A DNA stretch of 64,000 bases from Octopus sinensis (GCF_006345805.1 NW_021833891.1:1-64000), one strand, 5' to 3'. Shown: positions 12,900 through 25,700, counted from the stretch's first letter. Numbers and translations: made by a program. Notes: a model not told the origin generated them from the sequence alone.

Positions 12900-13316
12900 T
12901 TATTTCTTTACTGCCACAAGGGGCTACACACAGAGGGGACAAACAAGGACAAACAAACTGATTAAGTCGATTATATCGACCTCAGTGCGTAACTGGTACT
13001 TATTTTATCGACCCCGAAAGGATGAAAGGCAAAGTCAACCTCGGCGGAATTTGAACTCAGAACGTAGCCGCAGACGAAATACCTATTTCTTTACTACCTA
13101 CAAGGGACTAAACACAGAGAGGACAAACAATGACAGACAAACAGATTAAGTCGATTATATCGACCCCAGTGTGTAACTGGTACTTATTTAATCGATCCCG
13201 AAATGATGAAAGGCAAAGTCGACCTCACGGAATTTGAACTCAGAACGTAACAGCAGACGAAATACCGCCAAGTATTTCGCCCGGCGTGCTAACGTTTCTG
13301 CCAGCTCGCCGCCTTA
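12900..13316 (-). mobile_element. Two tandem SINE family C copies in the FReD intron
   Basis: 12900-13080 (5'-truncated) and 13083-13316 match family C. Confidence 0.85.
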
Positions 13317-14399
13317 AGGCTTCTTATTGTTGTTGATCAAATAAGCCTATGATCAAAGACATTCCAAATGTGACTATACTGTCTTTTTCTTCTCAAGCAT
13401 AGTTTATATCAGACTGTTTTATCTAATATCTCCTTTCCTTTAATTGTTTTTTTTTTACAAAAATGGCAGGATGTGGTTTGAGAAATTTGGCTGCTATGTC
13501 TAACAGATCTAGCAGCTACGTAAAGGCCACTCAACCCAGTTGGATCGGTTTCCTGCAGTTTATTGTAAAATGGTGAACTGTATCTTATAGTTCTAATTTA
13601 CAGTTAAATGACTGGGGGGGGGGCGGAGGTTGAGAAATGACAAGTGTCGCTTCGTTAAGGGATTCTTCGGTGCGGTTCCGTTGATGAGTTCTGTAAAAAT
13701 AACCAAAAAAAAAAAAGAGAAAAGAGAAAAGAAAAGAAAGAAAAATATCCTCAGTTAATAACCTCACCCCCCCCCCTACTTAGGTCTAACTATGGTAACA
13801 AGGTTTCCTCCTGTTGTTTCGGCCTGAACTGGGGTAATGCACTTGTCAATTGTGACAAATGTACCCCTGATAAGGGAATCTTCGGTGCAGCACCGTTGGC
13901 TGGTGATTGTCAAAAGCCCATTGGCTGGAACACTGCCACTGATACGACGGCGACACTTTTACACCGTAATTCTTTTTTTTTTTTTTCTCTCCCTTTCCAA
14001 GTGCAAAAAACCAAAATGTCAAAGTTACTACTCCTTCAGTCCAATTCATTTTATTTTCATCATTTCCTCAATAACCTTTTATAGAAGTTCTATGTATTAT
14101 TTAGACCCATGAACGTTTAAAACGAAGCTACACAACGAGAGAGAGGTGGAAAGAGAGATAGCAAGAGAGAGAGCATACGGGGGGGGGCAGAGATTTGAAA
14201 GGTGTGGAGTGGGGAGAAAGAGAGGGAAGACAGCTAGGGGTTGAAACATTAGACGTGACAATATAAACGGTTGCAATGACGACTATACAAAGTCATTATC
14301 GTAATCGAATTACGGACGAATATTTCAATGTGTTGAAGGAGTAAGCCCGCCATATTTGTTATAGAGAATGTACGGAAGAATGTAATTTGTATTCTATTT

Positions 14400-14901
14400 C
14401 ATATCTGTGTATGAACGTCTGTCTGTCAGTCTGTCTGAATGTATGTATGCATGTATGCATGTATGTATGTATGTATGTATGTATGTATGAATGTATGGAT
14501 GTATGGATGTATGTATGTATGTATGTATGTATGTATGTATGTGTGTATGTATGTATGTATGTATGTATGCATGCATGTACGTATGTATGTATGTATGTAT
14601 GTATGTATGATGTATGTATGTATGTATGTATGTGTGTATGTATGTATGTATGTATGTGTGTATGTATGTATGTATGTGTGTATGTATGTATGTATGTATG
14701 TATGTATGTATGTATGTATTAATATGCATTACACTTGTGTGTACGTATATTTGTATGTATGTATGTATCTGTGTATGTATGTATGTATGAATGTATGTAT
14801 GTATGTATGTATGAATGAATGAATGTCTGTATGAATGTATGTATGTATGTATGAATGTATGCATGTATGGATGTATGCATGTATGCATGTATGCATGCAT
14901 G

Positions 14902-14935
<34 letters not shown>

Positions 14936-15240
14936 TGTATGTATGTATGTATGTATGTGTGTATGTATGTATGTTTTAATATGCATGTACACTTGTGTGT
15001 ACGTATATTTGTATGTATGTATGTATGTTTGTATGAATGTATGAATGTATGTATGTATGTATGAATGTATGTATGAATGTATGCATGTGTGCACATACTT
15101 TCTTCATACTTTTATTCTTTTACATACATATACATACATAATATATACATATGTATTTGTGTGTGTGTGCGTGTGTTTGTAAGTGTTTGTGTGTGTGTGT
15201 GTTTGTGCGTGTGTGTGTGTGAGTGTGTGTGTTATGTGTG

Positions 15241-15275
<35 letters not shown>
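14400..15275. repeat. (TATG)n then (TG)n microsatellite block in the FReD intron
   Basis: Directly visible. Confidence 0.95.
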
Positions 15276-15276
<1 letters not shown>

Positions 15277-15288
15277 AACGTAAATATT

Positions 15289-15495
15289 AAGGTGGCGTGT
15301 TGGCAGAATGTTACCGTTCCGGATAAAATGTTTAGCAACATTTCATCCGTCGTTACGTTCTGAGTTCAAATTCCGGTGAGGTCATTTTTACATCTTATAT
15401 TTTCGAGGTCGATAAAATAAAGTACCAGTTGAACACTGCGGTCGATGCAATCGACGTACCCCTCCGCCGAAATTGTTGCTAAAATTTGAAACCAA
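15289..15495 (+). mobile_element. SINE family C (C2 variant), diverged
   Basis: TTCTGAGTTCAAATTCC and GTCGATAAAATAAGTACCAG motifs. Confidence 0.7.
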
Positions 15496-15565
15496 AATTT
15501 AATGCAGATACACACTTTTTTTTGTACCATCTTTTTGACATCTTTTTTTTTTATCTTTTCGACAG

Positions 15566-15898
15566 GACTTTTATGCCTACCAGAATCAAGGACCTGGCAG
15601 TAGCGGTCTCCGGCTCCACATCGGGCCCTTCACCACATATGATCGACAGTCAAACCTTTTGCAAGAGAACTGTGCCATAAAGTTCCACTGCGGCTGGTGG
15701 TTTCGAACGTGTGTTCGAAATAGCAACTTGAACGGACGGTATTACCAAGGCGGTTACAGGTTTCCGAGGAACAAGACACGTTCCCAGGACGACATGTACT
15801 GGTACAGTGTCGGGCAATCTTTGCGGAGGAGCGTCATGAAAATTCACCGGGTTAGCAATGCCACGGCTAAAATGTCGAAATTACTCACAAGAAACTGA
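15566..15898 (+). CDS. Terminal coding exon of the FReD protein
   Basis: T-rich tract with CAG acceptor ending 15565; phase 0 matches the 12678 donor; [60 protein letters not shown]...DDMYWYS...SVMKIHR...TGA. Confidence 0.92.
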   Translation, partial: DFYAYQNQGPGSSGLRLHIGPFTTYDRQSNLLQENCAIKFHCGWWFRTCVRNSNLNGRYYQGGYRFPRNKTRSQDDMYWYSVGQSLRRSVMKIHRVSNATAKMSKLLTRN

Positions 15899-16006
15899 CA
15901 ACTGCTCAAATAGTCACCGTCTTTCTCGAACATATACATACATACATACGTACATACATACATACATACATACATACATACATACATACATACATACGTA
16001 CGCACG

Positions 16007-16079
<73 letters not shown>

Positions 16080-16112
16080 TATATTATGTATGTGTATATG
16101 TATGCATTTTAT

Positions 16113-16143
<31 letters not shown>

Positions 16144-16190
16144 ATATATATATATATATATATATTATGTATGTGTATATGTACGCATTT

Positions 16191-16236
<46 letters not shown>

Positions 16237-16263
16237 AATATAGATGAATATGTATAATATATA

Positions 16264-16303
<40 letters not shown>

Positions 16304-16333
16304 CTTTGGAGTTATACTCCCTAATATTATTAT

Positions 16334-16365
<32 letters not shown>

Positions 16366-16667
16366 CTATATAATGTTGTTATTAAAGTTAAAATTGATTA
16401 CTTTTCCATTATTTCAAGTTCAGCTCCTGAGAGATGAACCTTAGATATAGGTATAGCGATGAAGAATTTTTGGAATAAGAACGGAATATTCTTTGTTGTT
16501 CAGTATTACGAAATGACGCATTAAAAACTTCTGGTTGTTTACATTTTTGTTCTCTAGCTTGTAGATCAGTCAGTTCCTATTTTACTGTTGAAAGTTGCTC
16601 GAAGGAATTTGTTTTCGTAATATCATTTTGATTAATATTATTGCCAGTTTGTTTAAAGTGTTAGCTT

Positions 16668-17089
16668 CTTTACTCTTTACTCTCTTTTACTTGTTTCAGT
16701 CATTTGACTGCGGCCATACTGGAGCACCGCCCTTTTTAGTCGAGCAAATCGACCCCGGGACTTATTCTTTTTGCAAGCCCAGTACTTATTCTATCGGTCT
16801 CTTTTGCCGAACCGCTAAGCGACGGAGACGTAAACACACCAGCATCGGTTGTCAAGCAATGCTAGGGGGACAAACACAGACACACAAACACACACACACA
16901 TACACATATATATATATACATATATACGACAGGCTTCTTTCAGTTTCCGTCTATCAAATCCACTCACAAGTCATTGGTCGGCCCGGGGCTATAGCAGAAG
17001 ACACTTGCCCAAGATGCCACGCAGTGGGACTGAACCCGGAACCATGTGGTTGGTAAACAAGCTACTTACCACACAGCCACTCCTGCGCC
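16668..17089 (-). mobile_element. SINE family A, full length
   Basis: Reverse complement of 3905-4310. Confidence 0.9.
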
Positions 17090-17229
17090 TTTGGTTATTA
17101 TTTATAATTTTCAGCAATGCATTGTTGGCATTTCCTTGATGCATTTATCTTAAAATGTGCTGTCTTCGACAATTGGTCAGTCGAAGTGGTTAATTATCGA
17201 CATTTCAACTGGCACACCTATCTGGAAGA

Positions 17230-17950
17230 GTCTTCAGAAATTCTCTTTTAGCAGCAATATTTCTTTTACTCATTCCTAAGAATGGATTTATAGTTGTGAA
17301 GCCTACTTTTAAAGCTGCCTTCACTTGTACCGATGTAAATATCTTTTTTATTATATGTTATTCATTTTTGTTATATTACCGTCAATACGTAGGTAAATGC
17401 TCTCATTAGGTATATTAGAGCTAAGAAATTTCTAGAAGTTTCTCATTTTACATATTTTGCTAAACGGGTGCTTTTCTGTCTGTTCCTTTCGCTGCTTGCA
17501 CCCGGATAACAAGCTGATACTTTCTCTTTAAAACGGCTTTTTTTTAGTGTATCATTGTAGCAAAATCTTTTTGCGAGGAGTTGTCCTGAATGAGATATAT
17601 TAATTGTTCTTCTATTCCTGTTGTTAATTAATTCTTGCTGACCCATACTGACATTAAATTACTCATTGTTGTTTTTCAATTATGTGAAGTCATTATTAGT
17701 TGAGACGGGGTTTAGAAATTTAATATTTAGAATTCCGAGATATCGAACTGAGTGGACATGTATCTATTCTTGTATTTGATGTTGTTCAAGCAATCAACTA
17801 CAAAATTGCTGTTAATCCATTGTTATTAATCCGTTAGAGGCTTTTCTAATTTTGCCTTTGGATGTTGTTTATAGAATGTGTTTACTAACTGCACCAAATC
17901 GACAATTTTCAGGATTTCTTAGCCTGCATCTTCGTTTCATAGACGAACTC
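17230..17950 (-). mobile_element. Decayed Penelope-like retroelement (RT and GIY-YIG remnants)
   Basis: Minus-strand peptides in order: KRRCRLRNPENCRFGAVSK, TQFDISEF*, then IYIGTSEGSFKSRLHNYKSI; many stops and deletions. Confidence 0.7.
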
Positions 17951-18004
17951 TTTTTTTCTGGAGCAAAAATTGAAGTCAAGGAAAAGTAACCAATTTTAAT
18001 GATG

Positions 18005-18040
<36 letters not shown>

Positions 18041-18119
18041 TATTATACTCTCCTGGACGTAACCTTTACTTTGTTCGTACTGTTATTACTAGAACTTGCA
18101 AACACATAATACCATAATA

Positions 18120-18188
<69 letters not shown>

Positions 18189-18199
18189 TATATATATAC

Positions 18200-18243
<44 letters not shown>

Positions 18244-18299
18244 CATATATATAATGATTTAAATTATATATATTATATACTATATATATATTACATACA

Positions 18300-18334
<35 letters not shown>

Positions 18335-18963
18335 CATACATACACATACATATTGTATGCATATATATATATAATATTATACATATATATATATACTATA
18401 TATATATATATGTATATATATGTACGTATATATATAATGCATATATATATATATATATATATAATATATATATATATTATATATATATTATATATATATA
18501 TTATATATATATGCATACATACGCGCGCACACACCTACATATGTGTGTGTATATATATATGTGTGTGTTGTGTGTGTGTGTGTTTCTTGGTCGTTTCAGT
18601 TGTGGTTCTTTACTTATCGTCATTTCTTGTTAAATAAACACAATTTTTTCTTCCCCCCCCCAACCCTGAAAGGAATAAATGAATGCAAAAATTAACAAAA
18701 CAAATCCAAAGGAATGTTACCTACCCCCACTCCCCATTAAAAAATAAATTTTTTCTTAGCCTTCGATTATTGATACGACAGTCAAATTGATTGCTGTAAA
18801 TCGATTATATTTTTTATTTATTTAGAAATAAGATTTTACAACGGTTAATCATTGTTGCGAATTATTTAATCTTTACACTTCTGTGTTTGCTTTACAAGAT
18901 TCTTATTGTGAAATCGTGTGTTGAAACAGATATTGTTATCCTTGGGGATGGTTATATTTTGCC

Positions 18964-19023
<60 letters not shown>

Positions 19024-19049
19024 CATTATTATTATCATCATCATTATTA

Positions 19050-19085
<36 letters not shown>

Positions 19086-19166
19086 TATTATTATTATTTT
19101 TATTATTATTATTATATTATTTTTATTATTATTATTATTATTATTATCATTATTATTATTATTTCT

Positions 19167-19605
19167 AAGGCGGCGAGCTGGCAGAATCGTTAGCACGATG
19201 GATGAAATGTTTAGCGGTAGTTCGTCCGTCGGTACGTTCTGAGTTCAAATTCTGCCGAGGTCGACTTTGCCTCTTATCCTTTCGGGGTCGATAAATTAAG
19301 TACCAGTTGAATACTGGGGTCGATGTAATCGATTCTTCCCTTCTTCCAAAATGGCTGCCCTTGTGGCAAAATTTTAAACCATTATTACTATTATTTCTAA
19401 GGCGGCGAGCTGGCAGAATCATTAGCGCGCTGGACGAAATACTTTGCAGCATTTCGCCCGTCGCTAAGTTCTGAGTTCAAATTTCGCCGAGGTCGTATTT
19501 GCCGTTCATCCTTTCGAGGTCGATGAAATAAGTACCAGTTGAGCACTGGGGGTCAATGCAATCGACTATCCCCTCCTCCAAAATGTCAGGCCTTGTGCCT
19601 TTAGT
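19167..19605 (+). mobile_element. Two tandem SINE family C (C2) copies after an (ATT)n tract (18968-19162)
   Basis: Heads at ~19167 and ~19399, both preceded by TATTATTTCTAAGGCGG. Confidence 0.85.
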
Positions 19606-19723
19606 AGGAAGCTTTTTCGTCAGACATCCTATGACCAAAATGGAATAAGCAGAACAAGAGGAAGCACGTAGGATACAGAGCCGCTGAAGAAGTCACAGGA
19701 TGTCTGACGAAACAGCTCTGATT

Positions 19724-19782
<59 letters not shown>

Positions 19783-20176
19783 TGCTGAAGTGAAGACCAA
19801 ATATACAGTGCGTGTGTTTAATTGGCAAAAATATGACCGTCCCCAAATATAACAATATTTAACTTTTATTTTATGTTTATTCTATTTTTGTGGCCGTCTG
19901 GTAAGAAGCTTGCTCCCCATCCACGTTGTTCCGAGTTCAGTCCCAGTGCATGGCACCTTGTGCAAGTGTCTTTTACTATAGCCTCGGACCGACCAAAGCT
20001 ATGTGAGTGGATTTCGTAGAGGGAAACTGAAAGACACCTGTCTGTGTTTGTCCCTCTACCATCGCTTGACAACCGATGATCGTGTGTTTATGTCCCCGTA
20101 ACTTAATGGTTCGGCAAAAAGAGACCGATAGAATAAGTACGAGGCTTACAAAGAATAAGTCCTGGGGTCGATATCT

Positions 20177-20407
20177 ATTTCTTCACTACCCACAAGGGGC
20201 TAAACATAGAGGGGACAAACAAGGACAGACAAGCGGATTAAGTCGATTAGATCGATCCCAGTGCGTAACTGGTACTTAATTTATCGACCCCGAAAGGATG
20301 AAAGGCAAAGTCGACCTCGGCGGAATTTGAACTCAGAACGTAACGGCAGACGAAATACGGCTACGCATTTCGCCCGGCGTGCTAACGTTTCTGCCAGCTC
20401 GCCGCCT
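20177..20407 (-). mobile_element. SINE family C, full length, inserted in an older family A copy (~19891-20490)
   Basis: 14-bp TSD TGGGGTCGATATCT at 20163-20176 and 20408-20421. Confidence 0.9.
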
Positions 20408-21495
20408 TGGGGTCGATATCTTTGACTAAAACCCTTTAAGGCGATGCCCCAGTATGGCTGCAGACTGAAACAAGTCATGGAATAAAGGAATAGTTCAGTA
20501 TGTTGGACGACCTTGCAGGAAATGATTGCTTATTGAGCCAACGAGGAAGTTCTCAGCACGATCGCTCGGCATGCTAGAAATAACAGCAAAAATCTCCCCG
20601 AAATCCAATATAGTGCTTTTAGAGAAACAAGCTAAATAAGCGGGCAAAAATAATATCGTTCTAAATACACCATATCTGAATAAAAGGCTGGAAGGCATGG
20701 ATGGAACAGTTTTAATGCATTTACTTGATCAGGGTTGATGTGAACCTTATCCCTGACAACAAGTTATTGTTGTAAAAACGATTTTCGTTACATCATGATG
20801 ATGATGATGAGGAGGAGGATGATCCTCCTCCTCCTTCTCCTTTCTACTGAAGGCACAAGGTCTGAAATTTCAGGGGGAAGGGACTAGCCGATTTCATGGT
20901 CCCCAGTGTTTCGCTGGTACTTAATTTATCGAGCCCGAAAGGATGAAAAGCAAAATCGACCTTGGTAGAATTTGAACTCAGAACGTTATAATAACAATAA
21001 TAAATATTTTGTCTTGGTGTAAAAAAAGATGGGCTACAGATTTGGTTGTCAATTGCTTGACCTTAATCAGCCAAATAGGTTCCTTAGTGGCTGACGGCAT
21101 GTGCATCTTCGATCACGAGCAGGAGTAGTGGGGGAGCATCATAGCCATGTGTTGAGAGAAATTCTTTGATGTTTGAATAATTCACCTCTGATAACATGGA
21201 TGTTTCGTTTATCATCGTTAAACAACCCTTATTCAGGGACCTTTTGATGGGATGACCTACTCGACCTGAAGAAAATTCTAATTGGGCCCCACCTGCAAGG
21301 TCACGCGCAGTTTATCTTGATATGAGGTAATCATGTCGTACACATAAGTTTGTGATGCATGTGCTTGGTGTGCCCTTATCAGACCGGTAGACATAATGGG
21401 TATATAGGGCTTCTATATTTGTACCCCAGCGTCAGCTCGATGGCATGCGCTGCTCTTTCACTCAATAATAATAAGAAGAAGAACAACAACAACAA

Positions 21496-21962
21496 AATGA
21501 AACCATTGATCATGTTGTCTCCGTGTGCAGTCTTCTTGCGCCTACAGAATATCTCGACAGGCGTGATAAAGCTTCACAATATATTCACTGGGTAATTTGC
21601 AAAAACCTGGACTTATCCTATGACTTATCCCACCTCCATTGCTTGAAAATGATCACATCTCATTCCTCTGGAACTTCACCATTAGAAAGATAGATGCGAA
21701 TAGGCCAGACATCATATTGAAAGACTTCAGACAAAAATCATGCCTCCTCATTGATATGACTGTCCCAATCGATATAAACGTATCTGTCAAGGCCTACCAA
21801 AAACTGTGCAAGTATAAAGATCTTGAAATAGAAATTGGCAAAATATGGAATTTGAAGGCAAAAACAATACCTGTTGTCATAGGTGCCCTGGGAATGATAG
21901 CAAAAGTGGCTGATTGCTACCTAGCTCAGATACCAGGAAACCCCAAAATGGCAGAAATTCAA
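21496..21962 (+). mobile_element. R4/Dong-type LINE fragment (zinc knuckle remnant and restriction-like endonuclease)
   Basis: ETIDHVVSVC...YLDRRD...IHW, then LENDHISFLWNF...NRPDIIL...CLLIDMTVP...KYKDLEIEI...TIPVVIGALG (PD-D..K RLE motif); frameshifted. Confidence 0.85.
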
Positions 21963-22334
21963 CCCAACGTTTTGTTGTTGTTTAACCCAAGGTCTATGAC
22001 TAAAGACGCTCCCTCCATGACTCACCTGTCACCTTGTATATCTAGGACTACCTTATCCAATGTGTCCTTCCATTCTTCAATTTATTTAAGACCATCTGGT
22101 GTGATGTTAGGGTCAAATGACAACGAAATTTTTATACTTTGACAGAAATAATGGCTTTTAAGTGTTAATGGTAACTCCATTACACTCTCCTTCCTCCTCT
22201 TTCTCCTCCTCCTCCTCTTCATCTTCATCATCCTCATCCTCGTCATCAATACCACCATCACCACCTCCATTACTATCGTTAAAACTACCACCTTTTCGTA
22301 ATTATAAACTACACTACATTTAGTAGTAGTAGTG

Positions 22335-22365
<31 letters not shown>

Positions 22366-23142
22366 CAGTGGTAGTGGTGGTAGTAGTAGTGGTAGTGGTA
22401 GTGGTGGTGGTGGTGGTGGTAGTAGTAGTAGTAGTAGTATAGTAGTAGTAGTAGTAGTAGCAGCAGCAGTAGTAGGTGAGCATTTTAATGGAATTATTAA
22501 AAATGAATCATATTAATGTGATAATAGAAATCGCTTTAAGCGTTTTAAGTGGCTGAAATTATGTACGAAAATACCAAATGGTTTTCACAGATCAGCTTGA
22601 AAACCACCCCCTTCCTCCAAAGTTCTTTCAGTGGGTTTGTGTTGCTTTTGTTCTGTTGCTAGTTTCACTCATTGGACAGCGGCCTTCAAGATTTACTGCA
22701 ACAATTCTTACGTTGTCTGATACGTATTTCGTCGACGTTGGAAGGTGGAACCGTAAAGTTTTTCTTTTCTTTCTTTTACTGCGAATGCAAATACATGGAA
22801 TTAAAAACGATTAGATATTTTGTCTGATGGTCCCCTGATTCTGCCATCCAGCCGTGCATATTCATGCATATATACCCACCAATACACCCAACACACTAAT
22901 AAACCCAATTACCGATAAATTAAATAAGATTAGGAAAGACTTGCTAAGTACATATACGAATTCAGTTTCAATATTATTGTGTCTTTTTTTCGCGCTGTTT
23001 TCGCGGATTCCCATCGCTCTCTGTCGTCACCCAGTTCCATTATTATAGTATCTTCCATAGAAACTCTTTCATTAGCTTATTACACAACCACAGATGCCAT
23101 CCCTATAAGTACATTGCAATTACTCTCTTAATAGAGCTTGGT

Positions 23143-23337
23143 GTACATTATTTACATTATTTACATTTGATAGATATTTGTCCTCATCTTATTTATTGTT
23201 AACAACGTTTCGGCTGATATACCCTCCAACCTTCTTCAGATGTCTTGGGGGAAATTTCGAACCTGGGTTCTCATTCCTAAGGTTTTTTCGATTTTATTGT
23301 CATTATTATTATTATTATTATCATTATTGTTGTTGTC

Positions 23338-23382
<45 letters not shown>

Positions 23383-23472
23383 CAGGTCACTGCTTGGAAT
23401 CGAACTCGGAATATTGGGGTTAAGAGAGCGGACTACCAACCCCAAGATTCTGAGTTCGATTCCAGGCAGTGA

Positions 23473-23513
<41 letters not shown>

Positions 23514-23675
23514 TCTTAGGAATGAGAACCCAGGTTCGAAATTTCCCCAAGACACCTGATGAAGGCTGGAGAGTATATCAGCCGAAACGTTGTGTTAACA
23601 ACAAACAAGATGAAGACAAATATCCGTCAACTGTAAATAATGTACATACTTCCTCATCTCTCAGATATAAAACTG
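23143..23675. mobile_element. Foldback element with a tRNA-like centre and hammerhead-bearing (Penelope pLTR-like) arms
   Basis: Inverted arms ~23143-23420 and ~23438-23646, a ~29-bp unpaired right tail, 11-bp TSD TAGAGCTTGGT (23132-23142, 23676-23686). Confidence 0.85.
23551..23596 (+). ncRNA. Minimal type I hammerhead ribozyme motif
   Basis: GACAC-CTGATGA-A-GGCTG..CAGCC-GAAA-CG-TT-GTGTT: stem I GACAC/GTGTT, stem II GGCTG/CAGCC, palindromic ACGT in place of stem III. Confidence 0.75.
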
Positions 23676-23769
23676 TAGAGCTTGGTAATCCTAACATATA
23701 GTAATGAACTATATGTGTGATGAGGCAGACAAGGCAGCAGGCAGACTAGTAAACCGAACGGTTTACTGT

Positions 23770-23794
23770 TAGATAGACAGACAGATATATATAT

Positions 23795-23876
<82 letters not shown>

Positions 23877-23912
23877 TGATTGATTGATTGATTGATAGAT
23901 AGATAGATAGAC

Positions 23913-23973
<61 letters not shown>

Positions 23974-23978
23974 TATGG

Positions 23979-24016
<38 letters not shown>

Positions 24017-24037
24017 TAGATAGATAGATAGATAGAT

Positions 24038-24092
<55 letters not shown>
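23770..24092. repeat. (GATA)n microsatellite
   Basis: Directly visible. Confidence 0.95.
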
Positions 24093-24093
<1 letters not shown>

Positions 24094-24455
24094 TCTTCTA
24101 GGGTTCCTCCATTCAGCATCAATGTAAGATGCTCAATTGGACCCTTCTGTTACCTTTTCACAATGCACCATGCTGCAGTCCCATGACTTCGCCATATCCT
24201 TGGCACGGTGGCTAAAAGGGTGCTAAACCTCGCGCAAAGGCAACTGTGCAGGGTGCGGTCGTCACTCCGTGGGGTATTTTCAAGGTACTCACATACACAG
24301 ACCGTATCTTTTAATATAAGAACAGTCAACTATTTTATACGTGACACACGACTTAGAGACTTAGAGGCAGGCATCAACCTCACAGAAAACTGAATGAATT
24401 ATCTATTTATTACCACAAGGATTCCAAAAACCTTCCATTATATTTAGAAATGTTT

Positions 24456-24845
24456 AAGGCGGGGCAGGTTGGCAGAAACGTTAACACGCCGGGCAAAATG
24501 CTTAGCGGTATTTCGTGCGTCTTCACGTTCTGAGTTCAAATTCCGTCGAGGTAGACTTTGCCTTTCCTCGGGGTTGACAAAATAAGTAGCAGTTGAGTCC
24601 GGCATTGCTGGCCTTGTGCCAAAATTTGAGATCAATAATCAAGGCGGCAAGCTGGCAGAATCGTTAGCACAGAAGTCAAAATGCTTAACAGCATTTCGTC
24701 CGTCTAGTTTCAACTTCCGCCGGGATCGACTTTGCCTTTCGTCCTTTCGGGGTCGATAAAATACGTACCTGTTGAGCACTGGGGTCGATTTAATCGTCTC
24801 ATTCCCTTCCCCGAAATTGCTGGCCTTGTGCCAAAAACTGAAACC
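24456..24845 (+). mobile_element. Two tandem SINE family C (C2) copies
   Basis: Heads at ~24456 and ~24641; GGCCTTGTGCCAAAA tails. Confidence 0.8.
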
Positions 24846-24889
24846 GCTACATTTAGAAATCTAGTAACGTAAGTAAAAGACATACTATC

Positions 24890-25700
24890 ATTTCGTTAGA
24901 TACGATAACCTTTAACAAAGCTACCAATTATCATAATAACGCATTAGAAAAAAGCAGATGTAAAGATAACTTTCCCCACACACGTAGAAAAGGAAATGTG
25001 ATAAGGTTGATCTTAAACATCAGAAACATCTTAGAACTGATTGATAATTTTTCCCCAGTTACTCATAAGTACTACACATTATTTAAAAGAAATATTATCA
25101 AGGTCAACTACAGCTGTATTAAAAGCATTGGTGGTAACGAAACCAACGAAGTTATCCATACATAATCGCTCAATCTTCTACAAATAGTTGAAACGTTACT
25201 CAAGACCGTGCCTTGGTATCTAAAATAAGGTGAGACATTTTGTTTAATGTAACTCCGGATACTTCTAAAATGATTGGTTGGGCACTACTGAAATGCGTTT
25301 GATCATATGTTTTCTGAATCAAGATTTATCACGGGCTAAACAACAATAACATATGTAGTGACATATAATCTTGGAAAAAATACCTCAGCTTGCAAGAAAT
25401 TGAATGTAACAGAAGGTGCATAGAGTTATTCCATCACAACAGTAAATATCAAAATAAAGCAGTTACGTAAGTATTTACTGGAGCTAAACTCTCACCCGTA
25501 ACTGACTGTACAGAGACAGAAAAAGTTGTACATCGGTATGAGTGAAGGCAAATTTAAAAACCGTCACCTGACCGTAAGTCCACCTTCAGGAACGAGAGAA
25601 AAGAAGCACAGAACATATCGATCGAGTCATGTGAAGCGTCTGAAAAGAAATTGTATTGATGAGTGAAGTATGCCATGCATAAAGAGAAGGTTCATGTTCG
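24890..25700 (+). mobile_element. Decayed Penelope-like retroelement (post-RT region and GIY-YIG)
   Basis: Peptides TFNKATNYHNNALEKS, ILELIDNFSPVTHKYYTLFKRNIIKVNYSC and KLYIGMSEGKFKNRH in the expected order. Confidence 0.7.
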
